A stretch of 64,000 bases of DNA. It comes from an uncultured Nitrospiraceae bacterium. Its GTDB lineage: Bacteria; Nitrospirota; Thermodesulfovibrionia; Thermodesulfovibrionales; UBA9159. Location: positions 15,849-79,848 of the forward strand of contig CAYYWY010000007.1 in the NCBI GenBank assembly GCA_964475485.1, written 5' to 3'. Both the position numbers and the translations under genes were made by a program. The number at the start of each line of letters is the position of its first letter. The first letter of the stretch is position 1. Below are positions 16,099 through 25,875 of the stretch, in pieces. The notes beneath the pieces were generated by a model. It was not told the DNA's origin and ran no database searches. It saw only the letters and a list, made by a program, of their open reading frames with translations.

Positions 16099-17955
16099 AT
16101 GAGTAGACTATGGGTATTGTTCGTCCTGACCTCACTCACTCTTCACTCTTCACTATTGTGGGCGGAGGAAAAAGTAACGGTCGGGGAGGTTGTGGTAACA
16201 GCCTCGAAGATTGAAGAAGGGATCGGAGAGACCACAAGCGGGGTCACAGTTATAAAAGGGGAGGAGATAGAAAATATGAACGTTGCGTTCGTCCCGGACG
16301 TCTTGCGAAAGGTGCCTGACTTGAGTGTTGTTCAGAGCGGAGGCGACGGGAAACTCGCCTCCGTCTTCCTGAGGGGCGGGGATCCCAAGCATACGCTTGT
16401 CATGATCGACGGGGTGAAGGTCAACGCCCCCTCAACAGGAGGGTATGACTTTTCCGGAATCTCTGTCGAAGACATTGAGAGGATAGAGATAGTGAAGGGA
16501 GCGCAGAGCACCATTTATGGTTCGGAGGCGATGGCTGGCGTTATTAACATCATTACGAAGAAGGGGGAGGGCAGACTGAAGCTGGATGCTTCCCTCGAGG
16601 GAGGCTCCTTCGGCACCTATCATCCTGCGCTCACGGTTTCAGGAAGCGAAAAAGAGCTGAGTTACCGGGTGACAACGCAATACTTCCATACGGACGGCAT
16701 ATCAGCCGCAAGAGACGGAACCGAACAGGATAAGTTCAGGTCTGCTTCCGTGTCATGGAAATTCGGCTACAAGCCAACAAAGAACACCGAACTCGAACTT
16801 TTCGGGAATTACTACGATGACCGCTCGGACCTCGACGATTTCGACTTCGTCACAGGCAGGGCCATTGATTCACTGAGCTTTGTGCAAAAAGGAAACCGGC
16901 ATCTCGTCTCTGCGCGAGGCAAGCTATATCTTTTCGACAAATGGGAGCAGATACTGTCGCTGTCGACTCTTCGGGATTCCCTCAAATTCAGAGACTCTGT
17001 AAATATCTTCAACGAGGCTGACATCGTCAACAAAAGGCAGGTCCTGGATTGGCAGCACAATCTCTATCTCATTGATGCGTTTACGCTCACAGCGGGCTTC
17101 GAATACAGAGAAGAGGGGGTGGAGAACTCAAGCCCGTTCGGCGGTTTCGAAGATACTGTCGCTAACAAGGCTGTTTATATCAACAGCAAGGTCAAACTGC
17201 TGCGGGACAATTTGATCCTCAACGCTGGCGTTAGATACGACGATCATGAAACCGCAGGCAATAAGACCACCTACAGGGTGGGTGCGGCATATACGGTAAA
17301 AGAAGCAGGCATTACATTCAGGACGAGCTATGGCACAGGTTTCCGCGCGCCTTCGCTGAACGATCTCTTCTTCCCGGGTTTTGGGAACCCGAATCTGAAA
17401 CCTGAAGACTCAAAATCTTTCGAGGCAGGTATTTCCAAGAGCCTATTCATGGAGAGACTGACGTTGTCTTTGACCTATTTCAAGCAGGACTTTGAGAACC
17501 TGATTCAGTCCGATCCGCTCACGTTCACCCCCGTCAACATAGCACAGGCGACGATCAAGGGAATCGAGACAACTGCCACTTTCAGGTTCACCGATTCCAT
17601 CGATCTGAAGGCGGGGTATTCGAACATCGATGCAAGGGACAAGAATACGAACCTGAGACTCATCAGGAGGCCCATAGACAAGTTCAGTTTCGGTGCGGGT
17701 TACACATCCCGTGCTTTCTCGGTTCTGGCCGACTATATCTATGTTGGTAATCGTTATGACTCCATCAGCGACGCAAAAAAAGGGGACAAGATGCCCTCCT
17801 ATTCCATAGTAAGCCTGAGCGGAAATTACCAGGTGACAAAGAAGTTCTCTGCATTCGGAAGGGTCGAAAACCTTCTTGATGAGGACTACGAAGAGGTGAA
17901 GGGCTTCGGTACCAAGGGTTTTTCTGTCTACGGAGGCGTGAGGGTGACCTTGTAG
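16099..17955 (+). CDS. btuB: TonB-dependent outer-membrane receptor (BtuB-like)
   Basis: Signal peptide, TonB box 'GEVVVTA', plug domain 'VQSGGDGKLASVFLRGGDPKHTLVMIDGVKVN', and a 618-aa beta-barrel. Confidence 0.85.
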   Translation: MSRLWVLFVLTSLTLHSSLLWAEEKVTVGEVVVTASKIEEGIGETTSGVTVIKGEEIENMNVAFVPDVLRKVPDLSVVQSGGDGKLASVFLRGGDPKHTLVMIDGVKVNAPSTGGYDFSGISVEDIERIEIVKGAQSTIYGSEAMAGVINIITKKGEGRLKLDASLEGGSFGTYHPALTVSGSEKELSYRVTTQYFHTDGISAARDGTEQDKFRSASVSWKFGYKPTKNTELELFGNYYDDRSDLDDFDFVTGRAIDSLSFVQKGNRHLVSARGKLYLFDKWEQILSLSTLRDSLKFRDSVNIFNEADIVNKRQVLDWQHNLYLIDAFTLTAGFEYREEGVENSSPFGGFEDTVANKAVYINSKVKLLRDNLILNAGVRYDDHETAGNKTTYRVGAAYTVKEAGITFRTSYGTGFRAPSLNDLFFPGFGNPNLKPEDSKSFEAGISKSLFMERLTLSLTYFKQDFENLIQSDPLTFTPVNIAQATIKGIETTATFRFTDSIDLKAGYSNIDARDKNTNLRLIRRPIDKFSFGAGYTSRAFSVLADYIYVGNRYDSISDAKKGDKMPSYSIVSLSGNYQVTKKFSAFGRVENLLDEDYEEVKGFGTKGFSVYGGVRVTL

Positions 17956-18693
17956 GTGATGCACATCAGAAACACCATAGTATTCTCTTTTTTTCTCCAT
18001 ACGTTCTTTCTCACTGCGGCGCTGGTGTCTGCAAAATACATTGTCTCAGCAGAGAGGATATTCGTGGTGGAGCTAAGGGATGATCGTGCCGCTGAGCCGG
18101 CGAAGGCCGGGAATGACATTCCGGAGGCGAAGAAGGAGATAAAGAAAGGCGTTGTGAAGAATCCTCCGGGAAAAGACAGGAGGATTGTCTCATTTCAGCC
18201 TACTGCAAAGGGAGCAGAGAGGACGCCAGGAGAGGATGCTGCGGATGTTAGGGTAGAACAGATACTTGATAGAGACGCGAAAGGAGAGAACGCCTTCTCA
18301 GGGGAGGGGGTTACGATGCGGTCCGGCTCAGGTGAAGGCGGTCTCCCTTCCGCTTCCGGACCGGATGGTGCGGCACGTCAGGGAATGAGTTCCGCGATAA
18401 CGGTGGAGCTTCATGGTTCGGGAGGCGGCGACCAGGGGCTGTTGCGGCAGATAAAGGAAGCTATTGAGCGGGCCAAGGTATATCCTGACCTTGCACGGAA
18501 GAGGAGGCAGGAGGGGACAGTTGTCATGGAATTCCTGATAAATTCGAGAGGGATACCCGAGGATATTAGAATAACAAAGAGTTCCAGTTTCGACCTTCTG
18601 GATTCTGCTGCGAAGAGGACTATCGTAAGGGCAGCTCCCTTTCCTGTCGTCAAAGGAAGGATAGAGGTGCCGATTACATTCGTCCTGAAATGA
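17956..18693 (+). CDS. tonB: TonB-family energy transducer
   Basis: N-terminal TM segment, charged and Pro/Gly-rich linker, and C-terminal TonB domain 'YPDLARKRRQEGTVVMEFLINSRG..LDSAAKRTIV'. Confidence 0.75.
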   Translation: MMHIRNTIVFSFFLHTFFLTAALVSAKYIVSAERIFVVELRDDRAAEPAKAGNDIPEAKKEIKKGVVKNPPGKDRRIVSFQPTAKGAERTPGEDAADVRVEQILDRDAKGENAFSGEGVTMRSGSGEGGLPSASGPDGAARQGMSSAITVELHGSGGGDQGLLRQIKEAIERAKVYPDLARKRRQEGTVVMEFLINSRGIPEDIRITKSSSFDLLDSAAKRTIVRAAPFPVVKGRIEVPITFVLK

Positions 18694-18766
18694 GGACTCG
18701 GCTGCAAAGAAGCGCGTTATCGGTTACAATAGACCCGGAACAGCACCGGCTGGAGAAAGGATTTCC

Positions 18767-19285
18767 ATGCGAAGAGGATATATTCAGGTGTACACCGGCA
18801 ACGGTAAGGGAAAGACGACAGCGGCGCTGGGGCTTGCCCTGCGGGCGGCAGGCGCGGGCCTCAGGGTTTTTATTGTCCAGTTCATCAAGAAGAGGAGATG
18901 CAGCGAGCACAGGATGCTTGAGAGATTCAAGGATGCGGTCACCGTACGGCAGTACGGCAAGGGTTTTATTCTCGGACGAAAGGCGGATGGGGCGGACATA
19001 AGGGCGGCACAGCTTGGTCTTGAAGAGGTCAGAAAGGTGATTCAGTCAAAGAACTACGACGTCGTGATCCTCGATGAGGCTACCGTTGCGGTGAATTGCG
19101 GTCTTCTCAGGGTTGAGGATCTCCTGGATATAATGAGCCTGAAGCCGAAGAGCATCGAACTGGTCATTACAGGAAGATATGCGGACAAGAGGATCATCAG
19201 GGCAGCGGACCTGGTCACGGAGATGAAGGAAGTCAAACATTACAAGAAGAAGGGAGTGAAGGCAAGGGCCGGCATCGAGTGGTGA
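18767..19285 (+). CDS. cobO: Cob(I)yrinic acid a,c-diamide / cob(I)alamin adenosyltransferase (CobO/BtuR type)
   Basis: 'GYIQVYTGNGKGKTTAALGLALRAAGAG' and 'DVVILDE'. 172 aa. Confidence 0.85.
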   Translation: MRRGYIQVYTGNGKGKTTAALGLALRAAGAGLRVFIVQFIKKRRCSEHRMLERFKDAVTVRQYGKGFILGRKADGADIRAAQLGLEEVRKVIQSKNYDVVILDEATVAVNCGLLRVEDLLDIMSLKPKSIELVITGRYADKRIIRAADLVTEMKEVKHYKKKGVKARAGIEW

Positions 19286-20001
19286 ACAGGCTCTGTATCA
19301 TAGGCATCGGCTACAGGCCGCTTTACGAGAAAGCGAGGGAGATCGTTCTTCGTTCGGACGTCATCCTCGCATCCGGAAGGCTTTTCGATATTTTCAGGAG
19401 ATACGAGGAATTTAAGAGCGTAAGGGACAGGGTAGAGGTCATCGACAACGTCGAGGCAACCATGAACTTCATAAGGAGCTGTTTCGCAGGTACCGAGCAC
19501 GGGACTTCGAACTTGGAGGGTAAGACCGTAGTTCTTCTTGCCTCCGGCGACCCCATGTTCTTCGGCATCGGGAGAAGGACGGTGGAGGAGTTCGGAAAGG
19601 TCGTGGTAGAGGTATTCCCCGATCTTTCGAGCATTCAGGTTGCCTTTTCGAAGATAAAGGAGCCGTGGGATGACGTATTTTTCATGAGTCTGCACGGAGG
19701 TCCGGATCCGCAAAAAAGAAGGAAACTGAGGCATGAGAAAAGTGATATACCGTTTTTGCTTGCAAAACATCACAAGATTGCCATTCTCACAGATAAAGAA
19801 AATAATCCTGGTGCCATAGCAAAAATTCTTGCCCAATCACCAATTACCAATCACCAATCACTGATAATGTACGTCTGCGAAAAACTCGGGTATCCGGATG
19901 AAAGAATCACTGAAGGGGCTCCAGAAGATATCGCAAAGGGGGTGTTTTCCGATCCGAACGTAGTCATACTTATCGCGGGGAATGATCTTTCCGGAGATTG
20001 A
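19279..20001 (+). CDS. cbiE: Precorrin-6Y C5,15-methyltransferase subunit CbiE-like (tetrapyrrole methylase fold)
   Basis: 'LCIIGIGY', 'VVLLASGDPMFFGIGRR'. No cbiT or other cbi genes follow it. Confidence 0.7.
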   Translation: MVNRLCIIGIGYRPLYEKAREIVLRSDVILASGRLFDIFRRYEEFKSVRDRVEVIDNVEATMNFIRSCFAGTEHGTSNLEGKTVVLLASGDPMFFGIGRRTVEEFGKVVVEVFPDLSSIQVAFSKIKEPWDDVFFMSLHGGPDPQKRRKLRHEKSDIPFLLAKHHKIAILTDKENNPGAIAKILAQSPITNHQSLIMYVCEKLGYPDERITEGAPEDIAKGVFSDPNVVILIAGNDLSGD

Positions 20002-20205
20002 CATGCTTGAGATTATCAGGCAAAGGGAAGCGTCAGGTCTTATCTTAAGAAAGAGGGCGAGAAGGAAAAGCTGAACAAGGCACTCAAGGCCGCCATATTC
20101 TCGCCATCCCGGTTGATCATTGTGCCCAATGCCTTCTGTCCATAGGGTATCCCGCTTTCTATTTCATGTGCTATATTAAGAAAAAAAGATGAAGGTGAGA
20201 TAATC

Positions 20206-20796
20206 ATGTCAGAGAAGGAAAAGCCTTTGCCGAGACCTCCGAAAACCCCCTTCGGAAGAAGGCGCTTTGACCAGGGGGAAGGAAATGCTCCCCTTATGGC
20301 CGAGAGGATGGCAGTTGCGATGGCACAGGGGAAACTGGATGATTTTATGAAGGAAGAGATGCCTGACAACGACTATGCAAGGACTCTTGCTGCGATGATG
20401 ATGGGAATGACGGGAATGATGGTCCCCGGGGGCATGCCTTCAGGTGGCGAGAAAAGAGAAGAGGAGCATTCAGGGAAGGGAGAAGTGGTGAGGCCCTCCG
20501 AGGAAGTGCGTTCCGGGCAATCCTCTGAGGGGGTGATCAGTGCCGCACTGGCAGGGGACGTAAAGGGGTTGATGGAGATACTTGCCACTGAACACAAGAA
20601 GAGGATGCCGGAGCCGGGATCCGATCCTGCTGGAGAGAAAGAGATGCAGGAATCACCGGGACTCAGTGGCCTCGAAAGGAAGACCCTTGACCGGATCGTA
20701 GGAATCGCCTCTGAGAACAATGTGAGCGTCGACTGGATTGTGATGAGGGCATTGAAACTGTATATACAGGAGTATCAGAAAACCGGCCGGCTGTAG
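20206..20796 (+). CDS. Hypothetical protein with a Met/Gly-rich disordered region and a C-terminal ribbon-helix-helix-like segment
   Basis: 'AAMMMGMTGMMVPGGMP', and C-terminus 'LDRIVGIASENNVSVDWIVMRALKLYIQEY'. Confidence 0.5.
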   Translation: MSEKEKPLPRPPKTPFGRRRFDQGEGNAPLMAERMAVAMAQGKLDDFMKEEMPDNDYARTLAAMMMGMTGMMVPGGMPSGGEKREEEHSGKGEVVRPSEEVRSGQSSEGVISAALAGDVKGLMEILATEHKKRMPEPGSDPAGEKEMQESPGLSGLERKTLDRIVGIASENNVSVDWIVMRALKLYIQEYQKTGRL

Positions 20797-20810
20797 TCAA
20801 AGGAGGTTCG

Positions 20811-21164
20811 TCACGATGATTGGATCGATCCACTGCTTCTGCTTAACTTTCCGCTATCGATGAATGTGATGCTCACGTCTTTCGGAAGGGCGAACCCGGC
20901 CTCCACCTCCATAGCCTTCAAGATGCCCGACGGCACGGGACAGGTGACATGCTTCAGATGTTTCGAGGCTGAACGGTAGACAGGGTTGTCGAGGAACCGG
21001 ACGAATACCGTCATCATATCCAGATACTCAACGTCCCCGGCCATCTTGCTCACCATCTCACAATCAGACGCAAGCGAGATGCGTATCTTCTTTCCGGCGG
21101 TTTTCTCAGCTGCTATTGTAGTCGTGAAACCGCAGATACCCGACTTTACAACGACCTTGGTCAT
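20811..21164 (-). CDS. Small Cys-containing hypothetical protein (117 aa), last gene of the minus-strand row
   Basis: 'VVVKSGICGFTTTI', 'SDCEMV', 'HVTCPVPSGILKAMEVEAG'. I cannot assign a family with confidence. Confidence 0.5.
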   Translation of the reverse strand: MTKVVVKSGICGFTTTIAAEKTAGKKIRISLASDCEMVSKMAGDVEYLDMMTVFVRFLDNPVYRSASKHLKHVTCPVPSGILKAMEVEAGFALPKDVSITFIDSGKLSRSSGSIQSS

Positions 21165-21210
21165 TCTTATATCCCTTTTATTATATCATGGAATGTCCGG
21201 GCAAAATCCG

Positions 21211-22020
21211 TCACACTTCCGGGATGTTACGGACATGGGCGAACATCCCGTTTATGGTTCTCGTCTTTTCCCTCTCTTTGGCAAGGAACAGGAGGATATC
21301 CTTCCTTATGGCATTGAGTTCGGCGCTCGTCCTGTCCCTGGGCCGGGGGATATCCACCTTGAGCATCTTTCCGATCTCGGCAGGCCTCGATGTCAGACAG
21401 ATGATCTCATCTCCAAGAAAAACAGCCTCTTCCACATTGTGTGTGACGAAAAGCACGGTCTTTCCTGTCTTTTCCCATACGTGCAGGAGGGCCACCTGCA
21501 TGTAGTTCCTTGTCTGGCAGTCAAGGGAGACGAACGGTTCATCCATGAGCAGCACCTTTGGTTCCACTACGAGGGCCATCGCAAGGGCAACCTTCTGTTT
21601 CATCCCCCCCGAGATCTCCTTGGGGTAAAAGTCCTTGAAATCCTGAAGCTCCACGAGCTCCAGGGCGTTTAGAGCCTTCTCCCTCCTCTGCTCTTTGGGA
21701 AGTCCCGCAATCTCAAGCCCGAACTCCACATTCCGTATCACTGTTCTCCAGGGCAGGAGGGCTGGCTCCTGAAAGATATACCCGATCTCCCTCGCCGGTG
21801 CGGTAATCTCCTTATCCCCGAGAAATACCCTTCCCCTGTCAGGCCTTTCGAGACCCGAGATCATCCTCAGAAGGGTTGTCTTTCCACAGCCGCTGGGGCC
21901 TATGATGCAGACAAATCTACCCTCGGATACTGTGAAAGAGATGTTACTTATGGCGTCTATCCTTCCCTCCTCCGTTGTGCTCACGAAGGACTTGTGAAGA
22001 GCGGTCACCCTCAGCTCCAT
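21211..22020 (-). CDS. ABC ATP-binding protein, NitT/TauT (nitrate/sulfonate/taurine) type
   Basis: 'GPSGCGKTTLLRMISGLERPDRG', 'ISGGMKQKVALAMAL', 'LLMDEPF'. Confidence 0.85.
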   Translation of the reverse strand: MELRVTALHKSFVSTTEEGRIDAISNISFTVSEGRFVCIIGPSGCGKTTLLRMISGLERPDRGRVFLGDKEITAPAREIGYIFQEPALLPWRTVIRNVEFGLEIAGLPKEQRREKALNALELVELQDFKDFYPKEISGGMKQKVALAMALVVEPKVLLMDEPFVSLDCQTRNYMQVALLHVWEKTGKTVLFVTHNVEEAVFLGDEIICLTSRPAEIGKMLKVDIPRPRDRTSAELNAIRKDILLFLAKEREKTRTINGMFAHVRNIPEV

Positions 22021-22021
22021 C

Positions 22022-22789
22022 TCATCTCCATCTAAGGAGCCTGCGTTCTGCGCTCCTTATGAGAAAATCCATGATGTATCCTATCGCTCCGATCACAGCC
22101 ATCCCGGCAATAATCTGGTCCGGCCGCTGAATGTCCCTTGCAGTCATGATCATGTATCCGAGGCCGTAGCCGCTCTTCACCCCGGTGAATTCCGCCGCCA
22201 CAAGGGTCATCCACCCGATGCCCATGGCTATCCTTATCCCTGTAATGATGGAGGGCATCGCCCCCGGGGCAAGTACCTTGATGAGGAAAGCCGCTTTCTT
22301 TGCGCCTAATATTCTCGATGACTCAATAAGTCTTCTGTTGATGGACATCACCCCTCCGGTCGTGTTCAGGAGGATAGGGAAAAAGGCGCCGAGGAATATG
22401 ATGAAGGATGAGGACTTGTCGCCTATGCCAAACCAGAGAATTGCTATGGGTACCCATGCAAGGGGAGGTATGGGCCGTATCATCTCCACAAAGGGAGTGA
22501 GGAGATCCCTTACCTTCCCCCAGTATCCCATGAATATTCCCAGGGGCAGGGCCGCGACTATGGCTATGGCCACGCCGCCCAATACCCTCTTCAAACTCCC
22601 GATACAGTGACCGATAAGGTGATACCCGGGAGGCAGACCATCTGTTACGAGTTCCGTGAAACCATGGAGTATCGTGACTGGAGAAGGAAGCCTGTTGCCG
22701 GGGATGACACCATAGAAGGACAGAGTTTCCCAGAGGATGATAAGGCCAAAGACCGGAAGATAGCGGAGCGCTTTATATGCCCCTGGCAT
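22022..22789 (-). CDS. ABC permease, NitT/TauT type
   Basis: Six-TM BPD-type permease with 'EMIRPIPPLAWVPIAILWFG'. Confidence 0.85.
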   Translation of the reverse strand: MPGAYKALRYLPVFGLIILWETLSFYGVIPGNRLPSPVTILHGFTELVTDGLPPGYHLIGHCIGSLKRVLGGVAIAIVAALPLGIFMGYWGKVRDLLTPFVEMIRPIPPLAWVPIAILWFGIGDKSSSFIIFLGAFFPILLNTTGGVMSINRRLIESSRILGAKKAAFLIKVLAPGAMPSIITGIRIAMGIGWMTLVAAEFTGVKSGYGLGYMIMTARDIQRPDQIIAGMAVIGAIGYIMDFLIRSAERRLLRWR

Positions 22790-22830
22790 GCTCTTGCTCT
22801 CCCTGTCTGAAGTGAAGGAGAATCATCCGC

Positions 22831-23793
22831 CTATCTTGTTGCGTCCCTGATCATCTTCGTGTCAAGAAATTCGAGGGCGAAGGCGTCTATATCAAGTGGC
22901 TTCACATATCCGAGCTTGAGGAGATAGGTTACATACTCCTTTATGTCCTCCTCTCTCGGAGAATGATTGTAGTCGATGTGCCTTATCGCCTCCCTGACCG
23001 TGGCTTCGTCCATTCCCGTATATTTCGTGCCGACCTTCAGGGCCTCCTCCCGGTTCTTCTTTATGAATTCAGTCGCCTTCACGTGGGCCTTCACAAAGGC
23101 CTTCACGACCTGAGGATTTTCCCTGTAGAAGCCCTCCTCCACCGCAACGATACAGCAGGGATGGCCTTTCCATATCATGGGAGACGAGGTGAGGACCCTG
23201 CCCTTGCCTCTGGTCACCGCCTTTGAGGGATGGGGCTCCCATGCGATAAATGCATCTATCTGTCTTGATTCCAGGGCCACGAGCATCTCAGGGGGCTTGA
23301 TCACGATGATGTTCACCTTCCTGGGGTCGACCCCTGCTCCCTCCAGGGCCTTCCTCAAAAGAAAATCCTGCACGCTGGAATAACCGGGGATTGCAACTGT
23401 CTTCCCTATCAGGTCCTTCACATTCCTTATTGCCGAGTCCTTCCCCACCACTATTGAAGAGCCCTCCGCATTTGCGAGGGCGACCGCCTTCACGGAAGCG
23501 GACCTGTTCGCTACCCCCGTTGCACTCGGCGCAACTCCGATGTAGCCTATGTCGAGGCTCTTTGAGGCAAAGGCAGACATCTCCTCGGGGCCGGCATTGA
23601 ATATCCCTGCTACTTCCACTTCGATCCCCTCGTCCTTAAAGAAACCCCTTTCCATCGCCACCCATGCAGCGAGGTGATGGAGGTCATTCCTCAGGTAACC
23701 GAGCCTGACCTTCTTGGGTGGAGCAGCAAAGACCAGCGTACAGAGCACGATCAGTATTACTGAGACCGCCGTCAAGATCCATTTCGATTTCAT
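22831..23793 (-). CDS. ABC substrate-binding protein, NMT1/SsuA-like
   Basis: Signal peptide, then 'KVRLGYLRNDLHHLAAWVAMERGFFKDEGIEVEV'. Confidence 0.8.
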   Translation of the reverse strand: MKSKWILTAVSVILIVLCTLVFAAPPKKVRLGYLRNDLHHLAAWVAMERGFFKDEGIEVEVAGIFNAGPEEMSAFASKSLDIGYIGVAPSATGVANRSASVKAVALANAEGSSIVVGKDSAIRNVKDLIGKTVAIPGYSSVQDFLLRKALEGAGVDPRKVNIIVIKPPEMLVALESRQIDAFIAWEPHPSKAVTRGKGRVLTSSPMIWKGHPCCIVAVEEGFYRENPQVVKAFVKAHVKATEFIKKNREEALKVGTKYTGMDEATVREAIRHIDYNHSPREEDIKEYVTYLLKLGYVKPLDIDAFALEFLDTKMIRDATR

Positions 23794-23804
23794 CTCTTCT
23801 CCCT

Positions 23805-25778
23805 TTATGCTTTTATTTCCACTATGCTCTCTGACTTTTCGAGCATCGCCTTCAGATTCGGAAATTTATCTTTCATGTGGGGGATATGCATTGCCTGCAT
23901 GAACTCCTTTTCGAATGACGGGTCAGTGGCTATCTCAAGGAACTCGACCCATCTTGCCCTTTCATTGGCCTCAACCCTTTTCCCCTTGTTAAGAAGGGCC
24001 ATCCTTGCGCCGTCTCCCGCCGCATTGCCCACGGCGTACACCTTTTCAATGGGACAGTCGGGGAACATGCCGAGGGTGAGGGAGGCTTCCCTGTCGATGT
24101 GGCTGCCGAAGGCCCCTGCGAGCACAACCCTGTCGAGCTTTGCGATCCCGAGCCTCTTCATCATCAGTTTCGCCCCTGTGTACAGGGCTCCCTTCGCGAG
24201 TTGAAGGGCTCTCACGTCCGCCTGTGTGATCGTGATATCGGTTCCGATCGACGTCTCTTCAGCCCAGGCAAGGACATACTCAGGTTTGCCTTCCGCATCC
24301 TTCCGTACTCTCGGTGTGCCGAGGTCCATCACGAATCTTCCCGACTTGTCTATAATCCCGGCCTTGAACATCTCGGCAACAATCTCTATTATCCCTGACC
24401 CGCAGATGCCCTTCGCATTCACCTTCTCGAGATAGGTATGCCAGTCTGCCTTTCCGATGACCTTGTAAAGGGGCTCCTTTGTGACAGGGTCGATCTTGAC
24501 CTTCTCGATGGCGCCGGGCGCCGCTCTCATGCCGAACTTGATCTGGGCGCCTTCAAAGGCAGGCCCCGTGGCGCACGAGGTCGAGCAGACCTTCTCCCTG
24601 TTGCCGAGGAGAAGTTCGCCGTTTGTCCCGATGTCGATGATGAGTACCATCTCGTCCTGATTGTAGGGTTCCTCCGCAATTAAGACCCCCACGTTGTCCG
24701 CACCAACGAAGCCTGCCTCTATGGGCAGGACATGGATATATGCAGCGGGATTGATCTTCAGGCCGATATCCCTTGCCTTGATGTTTAGTGAACTCTGCAC
24801 TGCAGGTATAAAGGGGGAGCGTCCGATATATTCAGGGTTGAACCCGAGCAGTATATGGTGCATGGCGGTATTGAAGACGATGGTGAGGTCATCTATTGCA
24901 AAGCCGGGGTTCGAACCGTCCTTTCTGATCTCTGTCACCACTTTTTCGATAATCTCGTTCAAGCCATCGATGATGGCCTTCTGCATTATTTTAAGACCAT
25001 CAGGGTTGCTCATGGCATAGGTTATGCGGGACATCACGTCTTCTCCGTAGGGCACCTGAGGGTTCATCATCGATTCGGTATTCACGACCCTGCCTGTGTT
25101 CAGGTCGGAGAGATATCCGACGCAGGTTGTGGTTCCCACGTCCACTGCAAGGCCGTAGCAAGTCTCTACAAAGCCCGGCTCGACCTTAATGATCTCCCTG
25201 TCCATCCATACCGTTACGGTCGCCTTCCAGTTGCCCTTTCTCAGAACGTCCTGAAGATCCCTAAGCACCATGTAATCGAACGTAAGGTTCTTGAGGCCAT
25301 AATCCTCTTCGAGGAATCTGAGCACCCTCTCATAATCACCGGTCGTCATGTCATGAAGTGTTGGGGGAACAAGGTCGACGTTGTACTTCTTGACAGCCGG
25401 ATCCAAGGCTATGGAAAGTTCCTTTGCCGCCTTCCGTACGACCTGCTTGCCCGCCCTTGAACGTTCTGGGACGAAGACCTTTACATCGCCGTACACCTCG
25501 GCAGTGCAGGCAAGACGGATCCCGGGGCCGTCCTCGGGTTTGATATGTTTCTTTTCAGCCTCGGTGATGGGGGAGAGATGGGCCATGCCTGACTCCATCC
25601 CGTCTTTTTCAAAGTACCCCTCCTCAATCCTTACCTTGCATTTTCCGCAGACCTTCTTGTTTCCGCAGAGGGCCTCAATGTCTACCCCGAGGGACTGGGC
25701 GGCTTCAAGGAGCGTCTTTCCCTCCTCAATCTCCCCCCTTCGTCCCGAAGGCTGGAATATGACTCTATGTTTTGCCAT
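23805..25778 (-). CDS. Second corrinoid activation protein (RACE/RamA-like; 2Fe-2S + ASKHA)
   Basis: 'VIFQPSGRRGEIEEG..CGNKKVCGKCKVRI', 'LAVDVGTTTCVGYL', 'IDIGTNGELLLG'. Colinear with the paralogue at 9460. Confidence 0.9.
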   Translation of the reverse strand: MAKHRVIFQPSGRRGEIEEGKTLLEAAQSLGVDIEALCGNKKVCGKCKVRIEEGYFEKDGMESGMAHLSPITEAEKKHIKPEDGPGIRLACTAEVYGDVKVFVPERSRAGKQVVRKAAKELSIALDPAVKKYNVDLVPPTLHDMTTGDYERVLRFLEEDYGLKNLTFDYMVLRDLQDVLRKGNWKATVTVWMDREIIKVEPGFVETCYGLAVDVGTTTCVGYLSDLNTGRVVNTESMMNPQVPYGEDVMSRITYAMSNPDGLKIMQKAIIDGLNEIIEKVVTEIRKDGSNPGFAIDDLTIVFNTAMHHILLGFNPEYIGRSPFIPAVQSSLNIKARDIGLKINPAAYIHVLPIEAGFVGADNVGVLIAEEPYNQDEMVLIIDIGTNGELLLGNREKVCSTSCATGPAFEGAQIKFGMRAAPGAIEKVKIDPVTKEPLYKVIGKADWHTYLEKVNAKGICGSGIIEIVAEMFKAGIIDKSGRFVMDLGTPRVRKDAEGKPEYVLAWAEETSIGTDITITQADVRALQLAKGALYTGAKLMMKRLGIAKLDRVVLAGAFGSHIDREASLTLGMFPDCPIEKVYAVGNAAGDGARMALLNKGKRVEANERARWVEFLEIATDPSFEKEFMQAMHIPHMKDKFPNLKAMLEKSESIVEIKA

Positions 25779-25875
25779 ATGATTCCTCCGAAAATAATTT
25801 TATGGATTCGTCTTTAAACCAAAGGTCATCATTAAAGGTTACGCGACAGGCAATGTGACTGAGCGCGAGCCCGGC

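Noticed and set aside
20986-21672. 228-aa plus-strand ORF.
   Set aside because: It is antisense to the ABC ATPase and the small Cys protein and has no recognisable domain.
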